A stretch of 64,000 nucleotides of DNA, from NCBI GenBank assembly GCA_027002475.1, contig JALWZS010000038.1, forward strand, positions 46,032 to 110,031, written 5' to 3'. The stretch's first letter is position 1, and each line of letters opens with the position of its first letter. The notes beneath the pieces were generated by a model. The model saw nothing but the letters and a program-made list of their open reading frames with translations. It was not told the origin of the DNA and did no database searches. Both the position numbers and the translations under genes were made by a program. The stretch is from a bacterium. Its GTDB lineage: Bacteria > Patescibacteriota > 4484-211 > GCA-002791395. This document shows, in pieces, positions 47,880 through 59,574 of this stretch.

Positions 47880-49757
47880 CTATTTGCTTTGTATCGGGAT
47901 TACTACGAACGTTGGGACTTCGTCGATGCCATCTATAAATAAAGAGTCAGTTAATGGGATGGCTTCTTGAGACACTTCTCCACCTCCTTGATATCGGATT
48001 ATAGATGCCAAGTCTTGATTTAGTGCGGTTTTGGCTCGTAACGAAGCGATTTGTATGTCAACATGGTTACTATCTATGCCTGGTATCTTGTTGTTCCATA
48101 TGGCAAGAATTAAGTTGTCATGCTCTCGGAACGCCAAGCAGTGTGTTTCTTGGTTTCCAGTGTTTATATAACCAAGAGGTTCGGTCTCAGTTGTTAACAG
48201 GCGTTTATTTATGCGGGCTAACGTTTGGAATAATGGTGTGGGTTGGGTTTTATCTATGAGGTTATAGTCGTAATCGCCCTCGGCACTAAGTTGCCACCAG
48301 GCAGTAGGCAAGGCACTTGCTTTATGGATTAATATTGTTTGTAGGGCATACGCCTGCATTCTCATTTGAGCTATTGCCTCAAACTCCTCACCCGAAACTT
48401 CGATATTTAACTTGACAAGTTCACTTTTAAGTCTTCGACGAATGTCCGATATGCTATAGCCCATTTCTCCTGCGATTACGAACAAATCAGGGTTAGCATT
48501 GTTAACGACCGTAAACAAGTGACGTAGCTCGTCCATATAAGTTCCATGCTCTGACCACTTTGATGGTTGCCCATAATTGTCTGGTGTGGATATCTCTCTT
48601 ATTGTAAATCTGCCGGTACGATTTGGGTGTTTGTTGTCCAAATCTGCACGCCACGTCGGTCCTGGTTCAGTTGGTTTTGCATATCCTTTGTATGGATGCA
48701 CGGATACGAACTGGATAATGTCTGCAATTTTGTGGCCGTTTGCTGTTTGAGTCTGCAATATCTCCTTAATGTAATCTGTATCTACAAAAGCTACATCAAT
48801 CCCAATTGTGGGTGTAGGGTAGTCTTTGCCTGTATCACTAAGCTCGCGTTTGTGTCGACGTAAACTCTCGGCGACAGTTCCTACTAATCTTGCGTAATGC
48901 TCTGGTACACGTCCTTCACTTGTAAACTGTCCTGATCGTGTTTCGTCTAAAATTATTCCATGGTCCGCTGTGTTAAAGTTTGGTTCGTTCCATATAGATA
49001 GAACTGCATTAGGGTAGCGTTCATAAATTATTTTTGCATACTCGACAAACGCTTCAATTTCTGCGTCTTCTGTGGGGATATGATACTCAGTTGGGACTTC
49101 TTCGTTTGTGTACTCAACTGTACCGTCTTCGCGTTTTACTGCTTTTAATGTGGAGTTTGTTTTTTTATTACCGTTTGAGTCTTTGTATTCTACTAAGCCT
49201 GGTCCCAGCGAGATTTCAAGATATGCGTTGGCTTCATTTATAAGATGATATAGTTCGTCTATTAGTTCTAATAATTCATTTGTTTGTGCTTTGTCATTAA
49301 GTAAAATGTTGGAGATTGATAAAGGACCGTTTTCGAAGTGAATCCGTACGTATCTAGGATGTAGCTCTTTTGCGGTACGTAAACGCTCTATTTCTTCGTT
49401 TATCCTCATCTTGGCAAGTCGTTGCGCTACTTCAGCTAGAATCCTTGGGCGCTCAGTAGGCTTTTCTGTAAAGGTTTGTATCTCCTCTGGTGTGGCTAAT
49501 TGGTTTGATGATGCAAGTTGCATGAGCGTTTCTGGCGGGATTGATTTCATGCGCTCTAGATACTCTTGGGCTGAGTGGCTTCCTAATCGAATGTTTACGC
49601 CATGTAGAAATTTTTGAGTCCTGGCTGGTTGAGGGGCGGGCTCTAATGTGTCATGAGATACTACGAGCTCGAAGGGGTGGTTTATCGAGGCTTCGTTTTC
49701 TGTGCCACCAAGAGTTTTCACTATTCGATTATATCGAAACCGGTGTGCTATTATCAC
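47880..49757 (-). CDS. Clan GH-A (GH5-like) glycoside hydrolase family protein, apparently cytoplasmic
   Basis: 625 aa with no signal peptide. LSIWNEPNF (acid/base NEP) and VIAGEMGYS (nucleophile) motifs. Upstream of and co-directional with the GT2 gene. Confidence 0.55.
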   Translation of the reverse strand: MIIAHRFRYNRIVKTLGGTENEASINHPFELVVSHDTLEPAPQPARTQKFLHGVNIRLGSHSAQEYLERMKSIPPETLMQLASSNQLATPEEIQTFTEKPTERPRILAEVAQRLAKMRINEEIERLRTAKELHPRYVRIHFENGPLSISNILLNDKAQTNELLELIDELYHLINEANAYLEISLGPGLVEYKDSNGNKKTNSTLKAVKREDGTVEYTNEEVPTEYHIPTEDAEIEAFVEYAKIIYERYPNAVLSIWNEPNFNTADHGIILDETRSGQFTSEGRVPEHYARLVGTVAESLRRHKRELSDTGKDYPTPTIGIDVAFVDTDYIKEILQTQTANGHKIADIIQFVSVHPYKGYAKPTEPGPTWRADLDNKHPNRTGRFTIREISTPDNYGQPSKWSEHGTYMDELRHLFTVVNNANPDLFVIAGEMGYSISDIRRRLKSELVKLNIEVSGEEFEAIAQMRMQAYALQTILIHKASALPTAWWQLSAEGDYDYNLIDKTQPTPLFQTLARINKRLLTTETEPLGYINTGNQETHCLAFREHDNLILAIWNNKIPGIDSNHVDIQIASLRAKTALNQDLASIIRYQGGGEVSQEAIPLTDSLFIDGIDEVPTFVVIPIQSK

Positions 49758-49763
49758 ACTAGT

Positions 49764-50477
49764 ATGAAGTTGCGTCCTTATAAGAAAAATCTTGATTATT
49801 CTTACACCTTAGGTGTTCATCCTACTAGAGTTTTATTAGAGATCTCTGATATTGAAATTGTTCAAATTTTAATAAACTCTCAGTTTGAAAAATTAGATGA
49901 TGTAAAAAGCCTTGTCAAAATAGCTAAATCTCGCGGAGTGATGACGACTGTATCGGATAAAGCAATACATCGGCTAGCCCCAAAGGAAAATACAGCAGTT
50001 ATTGGCGTTTTTAAAAAGTTTGAAAGAGCTTTGGATGAGGAGCGTTCACACATAGCACTTGTTAACGTTCGAAACAGTGGAAACTTGGGAACAATAACTA
50101 GGACCATGTTGGCGTTTGGCGTAAAAGACGTGGCAATAATTAGGCCTGCAGTTGATATTTTTCACCCAAGTGTAATTGCAGCAAGTGTTGGTGCTTCTTT
50201 GAAAGTAAACTTTGAATACTTTGAATTTTTTGTGGAGTACCAACGTAAATATGAAAATCACTCGATCTACACCTTTTTTAAAGAGGCGAATACACCTCTT
50301 CAAAACGTGAAATTTAATGAACCATTTACGCTGGTCTTTGGTAATGAAAACCAAGGGCTTCCAGAAAACATTAGAAATATTGGGACGGGAGTTAGTATTC
50401 CACAAACAGATGAAGTCGAGTCTTTAAACCTTGCAATGTCGGTCGGCGTGGCGTTGTGGGAGGCGGGGAGGAAGTAG
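49764..50477 (+). CDS. SpoU/TrmH-family RNA 2'-O-methyltransferase (RlmB-like)
   Basis: Start set at MKLRPYKK (the table ORF from 49653 would overlap the convergent gene). SPOUT motifs NVRNSGNLGTITRT, LVFGNENQGLP and SLNLAMSVGVALWE. Confidence 0.75.
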   Translation: MKLRPYKKNLDYSYTLGVHPTRVLLEISDIEIVQILINSQFEKLDDVKSLVKIAKSRGVMTTVSDKAIHRLAPKENTAVIGVFKKFERALDEERSHIALVNVRNSGNLGTITRTMLAFGVKDVAIIRPAVDIFHPSVIAASVGASLKVNFEYFEFFVEYQRKYENHSIYTFFKEANTPLQNVKFNEPFTLVFGNENQGLPENIRNIGTGVSIPQTDEVESLNLAMSVGVALWEAGRK

Positions 50478-50581
50478 GCGTCGTTCCTATAAGTGGGACA
50501 CGCTGTTATCCTCGAGTAAGGACTGCGCTATTGTTTTCTTAAACCCTAGATACATGAAAAGTGGTGTGTATAATCTAGTTT

Positions 50582-51085
50582 GTGAAGATTTTAATCTTAT
50601 CTGACATACACGACAATATTTGGAATTTGCAAAAGGTAATCGATGAGCAAAAAGGCAGAATTGATGCCTTAATTACTCTTGGCGATTACTGCGCACCGTT
50701 TATTGGTAGATACCTTAAAGAATTCGATGTCCCTTCATACGCTTGTCTTGGTAATAATGATGAGGATCAGATTGGTTTAGCTAAACTTTCTGGCGAAAAC
50801 TTCGCATGGACTTTTTTGGCTCGAGAATATGGTGAGGTTGAACTAGATGGCAAGAAAATCGCGTTTTGTCATTACCCAAGATTAGCGGAGTTGTTGGCAG
50901 AAACTAATGAGTACGATTTTGTACTTCATGGGCATACTCATAGGGCTAGAGAGGAAAAGCGTGGCGAAACTTTGCTTGTTAACCCTGGTGCAGTATGTGG
51001 GATTGTTAGTGGCAAGCCAGGTCCAGCAAGCTATGCAGTACTTGATACTAGCGACAACAATGTCCAAATAATAAAAATTTCTTAA
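50582..51085 (+). CDS. YfcE/MJ0936-family metallophosphoesterase
   Basis: 167 aa, GTG start. LILSDIHDN, GDYCAP, GNNDED and HGHTH metal-binding motifs. Confidence 0.75.
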   Translation: MKILILSDIHDNIWNLQKVIDEQKGRIDALITLGDYCAPFIGRYLKEFDVPSYACLGNNDEDQIGLAKLSGENFAWTFLAREYGEVELDGKKIAFCHYPRLAELLAETNEYDFVLHGHTHRAREEKRGETLLVNPGAVCGIVSGKPGPASYAVLDTSDNNVQIIKIS

Positions 51086-51165
51086 ATTTTCTTTATGTTT
51101 TGTGTGTCTTGCGTGTGTTGACCTACATGTTAAACTAAACTCGTTAATTTACACATTTATTAGAT

Positions 51166-51897
51166 ATGCATATTTCGATTGCCGCAGAAAAAGTATTTGA
51201 AATTGCAGGTTTTCCAATAACAAACTCTATGATTGCAACAATCGTGGTTTCGGTCGCTCTAATCCTTTTTGCATTGTTTTACAAAAGTCGGCTAAAAATC
51301 GTTCCATCTAAGTTTCAAGTTGTTGTTGAGATGATCGTTGGGACAATTTACGACCTTGCCAAAAGCATCTCTCCAAAACATGCAGATGAGTTTTTCCCAT
51401 TGGTTGCAACGATTTTTATATTTGTGTTGTTTTCTAACTGGTTTGGACTTATTCCAGGACTTCCGTACGTTGGCTTTACCGAAACCGTACATGGTAAAGA
51501 GGTGTTCGTTCCGCTTTTTAGAGCAGCGACTGCAGATTTAAATACCACTTTGGCGCTCGCTACTACGTCGATGATTGCTGTGTGGTATTACAGCATTAAG
51601 CACCTAGGACTATTTGCACACTTGGGTAAGTTTATCAACTTCAAGTCTCCGATTGGCGCTTTTGTTGGTATTTTAGAGCTAGTGAGTGAGTTTTCAAAGA
51701 TAATTAGCTTTGCGTTTCGATTGTTTGGAAACATCTTTGCTGGTGAGGTGCTACTTGCAGTTATGATGTTTTTGATTCCAGCAATAATCCCACTACCGTT
51801 TTTGGGAATGGAGTTTTTCGTTGGGTTTATTCAAGCGCTGGTGTTTTCGGTTTTAACAATGGTATTTATTAGTGGAAGCTTAGAGGCGCACGGATAG
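51166..51897 (+). CDS. atpB: F0F1 ATP synthase subunit a
   Basis: 243 aa, 5 TM. FRLFGNIFAGEVLL with the essential Arg. Confidence 0.9.
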   Translation: MHISIAAEKVFEIAGFPITNSMIATIVVSVALILFALFYKSRLKIVPSKFQVVVEMIVGTIYDLAKSISPKHADEFFPLVATIFIFVLFSNWFGLIPGLPYVGFTETVHGKEVFVPLFRAATADLNTTLALATTSMIAVWYYSIKHLGLFAHLGKFINFKSPIGAFVGILELVSEFSKIISFAFRLFGNIFAGEVLLAVMMFLIPAIIPLPFLGMEFFVGFIQALVFSVLTMVFISGSLEAHG

Positions 51898-51999
51898 AGT
51901 AAAGCGCTTTCTAAGGCTTTGACTTGTAGGTTAAAATAGGGTTGCTTGTTAAGCAACATTGGGTAGAAATGAGCAGAATAGCTCATCGAGGGGGTGTAA

Positions 52000-52260
<261 letters not shown>

Positions 52261-52267
52261 AAGAAAA

Positions 52268-52762
52268 ATGGAAGCTTTGGGAATAGACCTAAAACTAATC
52301 GCCTTTCAAATGGTGAACTTCTTGATATTGATGTTCATCTTGAAGAAGTTTTTGTATAAGCCGATTCTAGACATGCTAGAAAAGCGGCGGAAGATTGCTC
52401 AGGATACGGTTTCGCTAAAAGAGGAGTTAGAGCAGAAAATCGAAAATGCAGGGAAAGAAAAAGAAGCGGTTTTAATGGAAGCTAAAAAGGAGGCGGACTC
52501 GGTCATTGAAAGTGCAAAGGAAAAAGCAGAAAGGTTAGCTGAGCAGATCGAGAAAGAGGCAAGTGAAAAAGCAATGGCCATCGTACAAAAGGGCGAGGAG
52601 ACTTTGAGGGCTAAGGAGCGAGAGCTACGAGCATCTCTTAAAAATGAGGTTGCTAAGATTGCAATCGAGACGTCAGAGCAGGTTCTTGCCAGGACTTTAG
52701 ATGAAGATGTCAAACGAACCATTGCTGAAGAGTCGATAAGGAGGTTTGCACAAGATGGCTAA
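52268..52762 (+). CDS. atpF: F0F1 ATP synthase subunit b
   Basis: 164 aa. N-terminal TM plus a long charged helix (EEL/KEK-rich). Position in the operon. Confidence 0.8.
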   Translation: MEALGIDLKLIAFQMVNFLILMFILKKFLYKPILDMLEKRRKIAQDTVSLKEELEQKIENAGKEKEAVLMEAKKEADSVIESAKEKAERLAEQIEKEASEKAMAIVQKGEETLRAKERELRASLKNEVAKIAIETSEQVLARTLDEDVKRTIAEESIRRFAQDG

Positions 52763-53087
52763 TAATGCGCAAGCTCTTGTTGATAGGTTAGTTGAATACG
52801 CTGTAAAAAACTCGGACACGCAAGTTTTAAGATACATGCGAGATAAGGCTGAAGGGGTTTTGCAGCAAAGCACGGTGCTTGTTCGACACTCAGGCGAACT
52901 AGACAAGGCGCAGCAAGCGAGTCTTTTTGAGAGTGTGAAAAAGAAATTCCCACAGGCGCAGGATATAAAACTAGAGCGAGATGATAGTTTGATTGGTGGC
53001 GTTGAGATTGTATTTAAGGATTACAGATACGATGGATCGATTAGGGGAAGGTTGGAGGAGTTAAAGACCAAATTAGTAGGAGCATAA
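52746..53087 (+). CDS. atpH: F0F1 ATP synthase subunit delta (OSCP), truncated to the C-terminal domain
   Basis: 113 aa. C-terminal OSCP signature [27 protein letters not shown]. Overlaps atpF by 17 nt. The N-terminal alpha-binding domain is absent. Confidence 0.65.
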   Translation: MHKMANNAQALVDRLVEYAVKNSDTQVLRYMRDKAEGVLQQSTVLVRHSGELDKAQQASLFESVKKKFPQAQDIKLERDDSLIGGVEIVFKDYRYDGSIRGRLEELKTKLVGA

Positions 53088-53089
53088 AA

Positions 53090-54568
53090 ATGGACGAATT
53101 ATTAACAGATATTGAACAACAAATAGAAAGCTTTACAAGTGATCATAAGTTGCAAAACATTGGTCGTGTGAAAGCAGTTAAAGATGGTGTGATACTACTT
53201 GATGGGCTAAGCGAAGTGCAGATGTCTGAGCGAATATTCTGTAAGGATAAAGGGCTCTCCGCAATGGTTCTTAACCTTGCCGAGCATGAGGTCGGTGCGG
53301 TTGCGTTGGGTGATTACACCAAGATCTCTGAAGGAGATGTATTCGAGGTAACGGGCGAGATCATGTCTGTTAAAGCATCAGAGTCTCTTTTGGGTAGGGT
53401 GGTTAATGCTTTAGCACAGCCTATTGATGGTAAGGGGCAGATATCTAGTGAAGGTAAGCTAATGCCTGTAGAAAAGATTGCACCAGGTGTTATTGAAAGG
53501 CAATCTGTTAACACTCCACTGCAAACTGGGATTTTGGCAATAGACTCAATGGTGCCAATTGGTCGAGGGCAACGAGAATTAATTATTGGAGACAGGGGGA
53601 CAGGTAAGACTGCAATTGCAATTGATACGATTATCAACCAAAAAGACGAAGAAAATCCTGTTATTTGTATCTATAACGCAATTGGACAAAAAGAATCAAG
53701 AGTTGCGCAACTTGTTGAAAAGTTAGAACAACATGGTGCAATGGATTACACAATCGTTGTTAGCTCTCCTGCAGCTGACTCTGTTGCAATGCAGTATTTG
53801 TCTCCTTACTCGGCAACGGCAATTGCTGAGTACTTTTTAGAGCAAGGAAAGGACGTGCTTATCGTTTATGACGACTTAACGAAGCATGCATGGGCATATA
53901 GGCAAATTTCATTAATTCTTGAGCGCCCACCAGGACGAGAGGCTTACCCAGGCGATATTTTCTATTTGCACTCAAGGCTTTTGGAGCGCTCATGTCGCTT
54001 AAACGATGAAAATGGTGGTGGGTCTATAACATCGCTTCCTATTGTTGAAACGCAATTTAGCGACGTAAGTGCTTATATTCCAACAAACATCATCTCAATC
54101 ACAGATGGCCAGATTTACTTGGAAACCGACTTTTTCAACGCTGGAATTAGACCTGCTGTGGATCCTGGAAACTCGGTTTCTCGTGTTGGTGGAGCTGCAC
54201 AAATTAAGAAAATGAAAAAGGTCGCAGGGCAGTTACGCCTTGACTTGGCGCAGTTTAAGGAGCTTGAAGCTTTTGCACAGTTTGGTAGCGGAGATCTTGA
54301 TGAGCGAACAAAAGAGCGAATTGAGCGAGGTAAGAGGATCCGTGAGCTACTAAAACAGCCGCAATACCAACCACTTCCAGTAAATACTCAAATACTATTG
54401 CTCTACGCTGTAAACAACGGCTATTTGGACGAAATGCAAATAAGCCAAATAAGTGATTTTAAAGAAAAGTTCACGCTATATATGCAAACGGTTGATAACG
54501 TGGACGAACCGGATGAAATATTAAAGGACTTTTTCAAGACGTATGAGGTGAAGAAGTTAGAGAGTTGA
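53090..54568 (+). CDS. atpA: F0F1 ATP synthase subunit alpha
   Basis: 492 aa. P-loop GDRGTGKT. Conserved throughout. Confidence 0.95.
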   Translation: MDELLTDIEQQIESFTSDHKLQNIGRVKAVKDGVILLDGLSEVQMSERIFCKDKGLSAMVLNLAEHEVGAVALGDYTKISEGDVFEVTGEIMSVKASESLLGRVVNALAQPIDGKGQISSEGKLMPVEKIAPGVIERQSVNTPLQTGILAIDSMVPIGRGQRELIIGDRGTGKTAIAIDTIINQKDEENPVICIYNAIGQKESRVAQLVEKLEQHGAMDYTIVVSSPAADSVAMQYLSPYSATAIAEYFLEQGKDVLIVYDDLTKHAWAYRQISLILERPPGREAYPGDIFYLHSRLLERSCRLNDENGGGSITSLPIVETQFSDVSAYIPTNIISITDGQIYLETDFFNAGIRPAVDPGNSVSRVGGAAQIKKMKKVAGQLRLDLAQFKELEAFAQFGSGDLDERTKERIERGKRIRELLKQPQYQPLPVNTQILLLYAVNNGYLDEMQISQISDFKEKFTLYMQTVDNVDEPDEILKDFFKTYEVKKLES

Positions 54569-54612
54569 AGGGTTTAAGGGTTGCGCTACTCGAAACACTT
54601 AAACTTTAAGCT

Positions 54613-54746
54613 AGAAACTTTACAAACAAATAACAAATTACAAATTCTAAGTAACAAACTTGAGGATAACTAGGCAATTCGTTTTAAGTAAAGCCCGATT
54701 ATTGTTTGTGGTGTTTGTAATTTGCGATTTGTGATTTGAAACAAAC
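54613..54746. repeat. CA-rich/TG-rich imperfect long palindrome (family copy 2), atpA-atpG spacer
   Basis: Contains the exact 18-mer AGAAACTTTACAAACAAA (54613-54630), also at 57131-57148, and TTTGTAATTTG (54714-54724), also at 57217-57227. The CA-rich arm is complementary to the TG-rich arm (caaattacaaa / tttgtaatttg). Confidence 0.55.
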
Positions 54747-55643
54747 ATGTCTCAATTAAGAGAAATAAAAAGACGAATAACATCGGTAAATAACATAAGC
54801 AAGGTCACGCATGCTATGCAGTTAGTTGCTGCATCTCGCATGAAAAAAGCACAGGATAATGCGATAAAAGGTAAGGATTACTCCGAAAAAATTAAGGAGA
54901 TAATGCTAAACCTTTCCATAAACAAAAACGTTTTAGGTAGCCCGTTTATTGAGCCGGAATATGCTCGAGAGGTAGATGGAGTTTTACTGCTTGTGTTTTC
55001 ACCTGAGCGGGGATTAGCTGGGGGATTACCCTCGAATTTACTTCGTTTCACATTAAAGTTAATAGATAGCATAAAAAAACGAGGTGAAGGAGTTGAGGTT
55101 ATTACAATTGGGAAAAAGTTAAGAGATAGTTTGATACGAAGGGGAGTTAATGTTGTTGCGGACTTTTCTGGTATGCCTGAAAAACCAACCACGGCAGATC
55201 TTCGCCCAATTCATAAAATGATTACTCAAGGCTATCTTGACAAAAAATATGGTGAGGTTGTTATGGTGTTTTCAAAATTTATTAACGCCATGACTCAAGA
55301 GCCTGTTGCAAAACTTATTCTTCCTCTTGATTTAGAGATTTTAGAAAAATATGAGCAGCGCGATGAAAATGCAAGTGTGGCAGATGGGGAGTTTGTGTTT
55401 GAGCCGACACAGCAGGTCATTTTAGACCACTTGATACCAGGGTATTTAGAGTCACAACTTTACCAGGCACGTCTTGAAAGTGTGGCTAGTGAGTACAGTG
55501 CGCGAATGGTTGCAATGAAAAATGCGACAAACAATGCCAAAGATGTTCGTTCATATTTGACACTTGAGTATAATAAGTCGAGGCAGGCTCAGATAACTAG
55601 AGAGTTGTCTGAGATTAGTGCAGGAAGGTTGGCTAGGAGTTGA
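54747..55643 (+). CDS. atpG: F0F1 ATP synthase subunit gamma
   Basis: 298 aa. Conserved N-terminal helix (LREIKRRITSVNNISKVTHAMQLVAASRMKKAQ) and C-terminal helix. Confidence 0.9.
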   Translation: MSQLREIKRRITSVNNISKVTHAMQLVAASRMKKAQDNAIKGKDYSEKIKEIMLNLSINKNVLGSPFIEPEYAREVDGVLLLVFSPERGLAGGLPSNLLRFTLKLIDSIKKRGEGVEVITIGKKLRDSLIRRGVNVVADFSGMPEKPTTADLRPIHKMITQGYLDKKYGEVVMVFSKFINAMTQEPVAKLILPLDLEILEKYEQRDENASVADGEFVFEPTQQVILDHLIPGYLESQLYQARLESVASEYSARMVAMKNATNNAKDVRSYLTLEYNKSRQAQITRELSEISAGRLARS

Positions 55644-55726
55644 GGGGCGTCGTCGCGAGCGAATCACTTAGTGATAAGCGCGGCGATCTCAGATTGCTTC
55701 TCTCGCCTGTAGCGGGATCGCAATGA

Positions 55727-57109
<1,383 letters not shown>

Positions 57110-57110
57110 G

Positions 57111-57230
57111 CAAATCCCAAATTACAAATTAGAAACTTTACAAACAAAACCCAAATGATAACTATCAAACATACTAAACATCAAGGCTTTTTGTTTGGTA
57201 CGTTTGGGATTTAGATTTTGTAATTTGAAA
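57111..57230. repeat. CA-rich/TG-rich imperfect long palindrome (family copy 3), atpD-atpC spacer
   Basis: Shares exact 18-mer and 11-mer blocks with the 54613-54746 copy. caaattacaaatt...ttttgtaatttg arms. Confidence 0.55.
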
Positions 57231-57233
57231 CGT

Positions 57234-57659
57234 ATGTTTTTGACAGTTACCACAGTTGAACGAGAGATATTAAATCGAGACGATATCACAAAGGTAACCA
57301 TTCCTACAGCGGATGGCGAAATAACCGTGCTTCCTGGTCATGTTGCGTTGATGTCAGCGCTTGGCATGGGTGAGGTTATTGCATACCCAAAAGAAGGTGA
57401 GTCGATTTCGCTTTTTGTTGATGGTGGAGTTTTACAGGTTAGTAATGATAGGGTCGAGCTTCTTGCAAATATGGCAGAACATGCTGACGAAATTGACGAA
57501 GCAAAAATTGAAGAGGCAAAACGACGCGCGGAAAAACTTCTTGAAGAAAAACCTGTTGATATTGACTTAGCGGCAGTAACAGCATCACTTAAGCGAGATG
57601 CTGCAAGGTTAAGACTTAAGCGCAAACAACGCGGCCGCACCGGCCAAGCAATGAATTAA
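57234..57659 (+). CDS. atpC: F0F1 ATP synthase subunit epsilon
   Basis: Start at MFLTVTTVEREIL (the table ORF starts 39 nt upstream). Beta-sandwich plus helical C-terminus with a basic tail. Confidence 0.85.
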   Translation: MFLTVTTVEREILNRDDITKVTIPTADGEITVLPGHVALMSALGMGEVIAYPKEGESISLFVDGGVLQVSNDRVELLANMAEHADEIDEAKIEEAKRRAEKLLEEKPVDIDLAAVTASLKRDAARLRLKRKQRGRTGQAMN

Positions 57660-57674
57660 TAGCTATAAAGCCTA

Positions 57675-57697
57675 ATTTAAGAGCTTACCGCTTAAAT
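57675..57697. terminator. Conserved AT-rich hairpin ATTTAAGAGCTTACCGCTTAAAT between convergent atpC and downstream gene (copy 2 of 2)
   Basis: 22 of 23 nt identical to 33899-33921. Stem atttaag/cttaaat. Abuts the stop of the minus-strand gene. Confidence 0.4.
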
Positions 57698-58683
57698 CAA
57701 TGTTTGTCAGAAAAAACGTCTGGATCGACTTGGTACTCAACGACCTGTACTGGTTTATCAGCAAATTCTGTGTCAACCAGTTGTTTGACTGATTCTATAG
57801 TGTCGTTAAAACTTTCACTACTTGGAGCTCCGAGTACTATAACAACGAGCGGTTCGTTGTCCTTGAAGTGTTTTCCGAACCCATGGTCGCCTAAGGCAAT
57901 ACTAAGTGCAACGCTAAGCTCCGCTTGGGCGTACTCTGGTGATAAATACTTTTCTGAGATTAAAAATGCAGGTGGAAGATTATCTATGCGCTGTGGCTGT
58001 AATCGACCTGTGGCATCAACAACAATCATTCTTGCTGTGTGCATATCTTCTGGGCGAGTCATCTCCTTTGCACTAATGTGTCTATAATCAAGTCCTGCCT
58101 CTGTAGCTAATCCTTGGGCAAAGTCAGCAGCATATAAATCGGACGGACTTAGATATTGAGTTCCCTTACCTTCTTCTTTGGTTAGTTTGTTAAAAAGATC
58201 AGTGTAGTGTTGCTGGGCTTCTTCGGGGAGTTCTTTAAAAGCTAGATTTCCAGCGCCACAACCTGCATGCGAGGTGACCACCTCAATTCCCATGTCTTTT
58301 ACTGTTTGAGTCGCGGTTTCTAGTGATGTATCGTAATTGTCTCCCATAACGATCCCGGAACCTGCAAGGGCAATAAGGTCTTCAACTGAATGGCTGCAAG
58401 CACATCCTTCGTCAATGCATACAATATGAGTTCGACCTTCTTTTGCGAAATGTTCACTTGTTAGTGTTCGTTGTAGGAATTCTTGAATTGACTGGGCTAT
58501 AGTTTCTTGCGTGCGGTTTTCTTCAGGACCATATAGCGCGTTCATGCTTTCTGATGTTTCCTGCCAGCGCTGCTCTAGTTTTTTACCTGTAAGTTCTTTG
58601 TGTGTAGGTTCGCCAGGCATAGGAAGATTATACAACACGAAAGCAGTGGTTAGTGGAGATTTTTTACTGCGATAAAAGTTCAA
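57697..58683 (-). CDS. Hypothetical protein (no recognised domain)
   Basis: 328 aa, soluble, several Cys (CIDEGCACSH, HAGCGAG). The start may be at an internal Met (MPGEPT). GC content is higher than in the neighbours. Confidence 0.5.
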   Translation of the reverse strand: MNFYRSKKSPLTTAFVLYNLPMPGEPTHKELTGKKLEQRWQETSESMNALYGPEENRTQETIAQSIQEFLQRTLTSEHFAKEGRTHIVCIDEGCACSHSVEDLIALAGSGIVMGDNYDTSLETATQTVKDMGIEVVTSHAGCGAGNLAFKELPEEAQQHYTDLFNKLTKEEGKGTQYLSPSDLYAADFAQGLATEAGLDYRHISAKEMTRPEDMHTARMIVVDATGRLQPQRIDNLPPAFLISEKYLSPEYAQAELSVALSIALGDHGFGKHFKDNEPLVVIVLGAPSSESFNDTIESVKQLVDTEFADKPVQVVEYQVDPDVFSDKH

Positions 58684-58708
58684 ATCTTTCAGGCTGTAAC
58701 AGTGGTCA

Positions 58709-58749
58709 TAAAAAAGAGCGCACCGCAGGTATGATCACTGTGCGCTCTT
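58709..58749 (-). terminator. Rho-independent terminator (minus strand) after the small TM-protein genes
   Basis: On the minus strand: aagagcgcac-N16-gtgcgctctt 10-bp stem followed by U5 (plus-strand A-run 58710-58714), 9 nt downstream of the 58758 stop. Confidence 0.55.
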
Positions 58750-58757
58750 AACGAATA

Positions 58758-58934
58758 CTAGCTTTTTGTTTTCAGGCAAATAATTGCCAGAATGATTATT
58801 GTCACCGCTAGTATCAGGAGGATTACGCCGACTGCGCGGGTTGAGACACAGTCGACGCCTGGAACAAGTATTGCCCCGACAACTGCAGTAAATGCAGCCA
58901 GAAGGAGCAGCGCATATGCGATTATGTCTTTCAT
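58758..58934 (-). CDS. Small membrane protein (58 aa, 2 TM)
   Basis: Start at MKDIIAYALLLLAAFTAVVGAILV with SD ctaAGGAGaagaatATG. The table ORF is extended upstream to 59021. Confidence 0.4.
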   Translation of the reverse strand: MKDIIAYALLLLAAFTAVVGAILVPGVDCVSTRAVGVILLILAVTIIILAIICLKTKS

Positions 58935-59017
58935 ATTCTTCTCCTTAGTTGCGGTTGTGTATACACTAATATGGCTTGGGTGATAATAGCAAAGCCGGGT
59001 GCAAGCCCCGGCTTTTT

Positions 59018-59266
59018 TCACTGGTGTGCGAATATGACTGCCTCAACAACTGCAGTTAGAAGTGACACCAGTCCGAGCGCCATCGCAATATCTTCGCTTA
59101 TTGCTGACGCGATAAGCGATAGGATGAACGTGATCCATCCTATGACGATTGCGATGACCATCGCCTTGTAACTGTTGGTTTGAGGTGATGGTTTGGCGGC
59201 TCCAACGATCACGCTAAAAAAGAAGTGCATGATCGGAGGGATGAACAATAGACCTGCTTCATCCAT
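59018..59266 (-). CDS. Small membrane protein (82 aa, 2-3 TM)
   Basis: Start at MDEAGLLFIPPIMHFFFSVIVGAA with SD caAAGGAGagaacttccATG. The table ORF is extended upstream to 59347. Confidence 0.4.
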   Translation of the reverse strand: MDEAGLLFIPPIMHFFFSVIVGAAKPSPQTNSYKAMVIAIVIGWITFILSLIASAISEDIAMALGLVSLLTAVVEAVIFAHQ

Positions 59267-59407
59267 GGAAGTTCTCTCCTTTGTGAGAAAGTTTTTCGGG
59301 CGTAATGCCCAATAGGTTAAATTGTGAGGTACACAGTGATTATACAAGAAAGCGCCTAATGGTAAAAGTTATGGGATATGCATATTCGTGTGGGATTGAC
59401 TGGTTTC

Positions 59408-59416
59408 TGATATAAT
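59408..59416 (+). promoter_or_regulatory. Extended -10 promoter TGaTATAAT for the 29-aa peptide gene
   Basis: TGnTATAAT at 59408-59416, ~60 nt upstream of the ATG at 59476. Confidence 0.35.
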
Positions 59417-59475
59417 CTCGACATCAACTAATTGTTAGCATTTGCTATCAATAGCACTCTTATCAGGAGGAAAGA

Positions 59476-59565
59476 ATGGATGAGATACAGATTCTCGTAG
59501 GCGGAGGAGCGTTTTTCATCATCATGCTGGTAGCCCTCTGGTTGCTAATCGGTCCAAGGGACTAA
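59476..59565 (+). CDS. 29-aa hydrophobic micropeptide (single TM helix)
   Basis: Near-perfect SD (tatcAGGAGGaaagaATG). MDEIQILVGGGAFFIIMLVALWLLIGPRD. Immediately followed by a strong intrinsic terminator. Confidence 0.35.
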   Translation: MDEIQILVGGGAFFIIMLVALWLLIGPRD

Positions 59566-59574
59566 TCCTCTGTT

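Noticed and set aside
58792-59171. Plus-strand ORFs 58792..58983 and 58971..59171 overlapping the small minus-strand TM genes
   Set aside because: They are antisense to minus-strand genes that have good SD sequences and TM-helix periodicity, and they lack their own translation signals.
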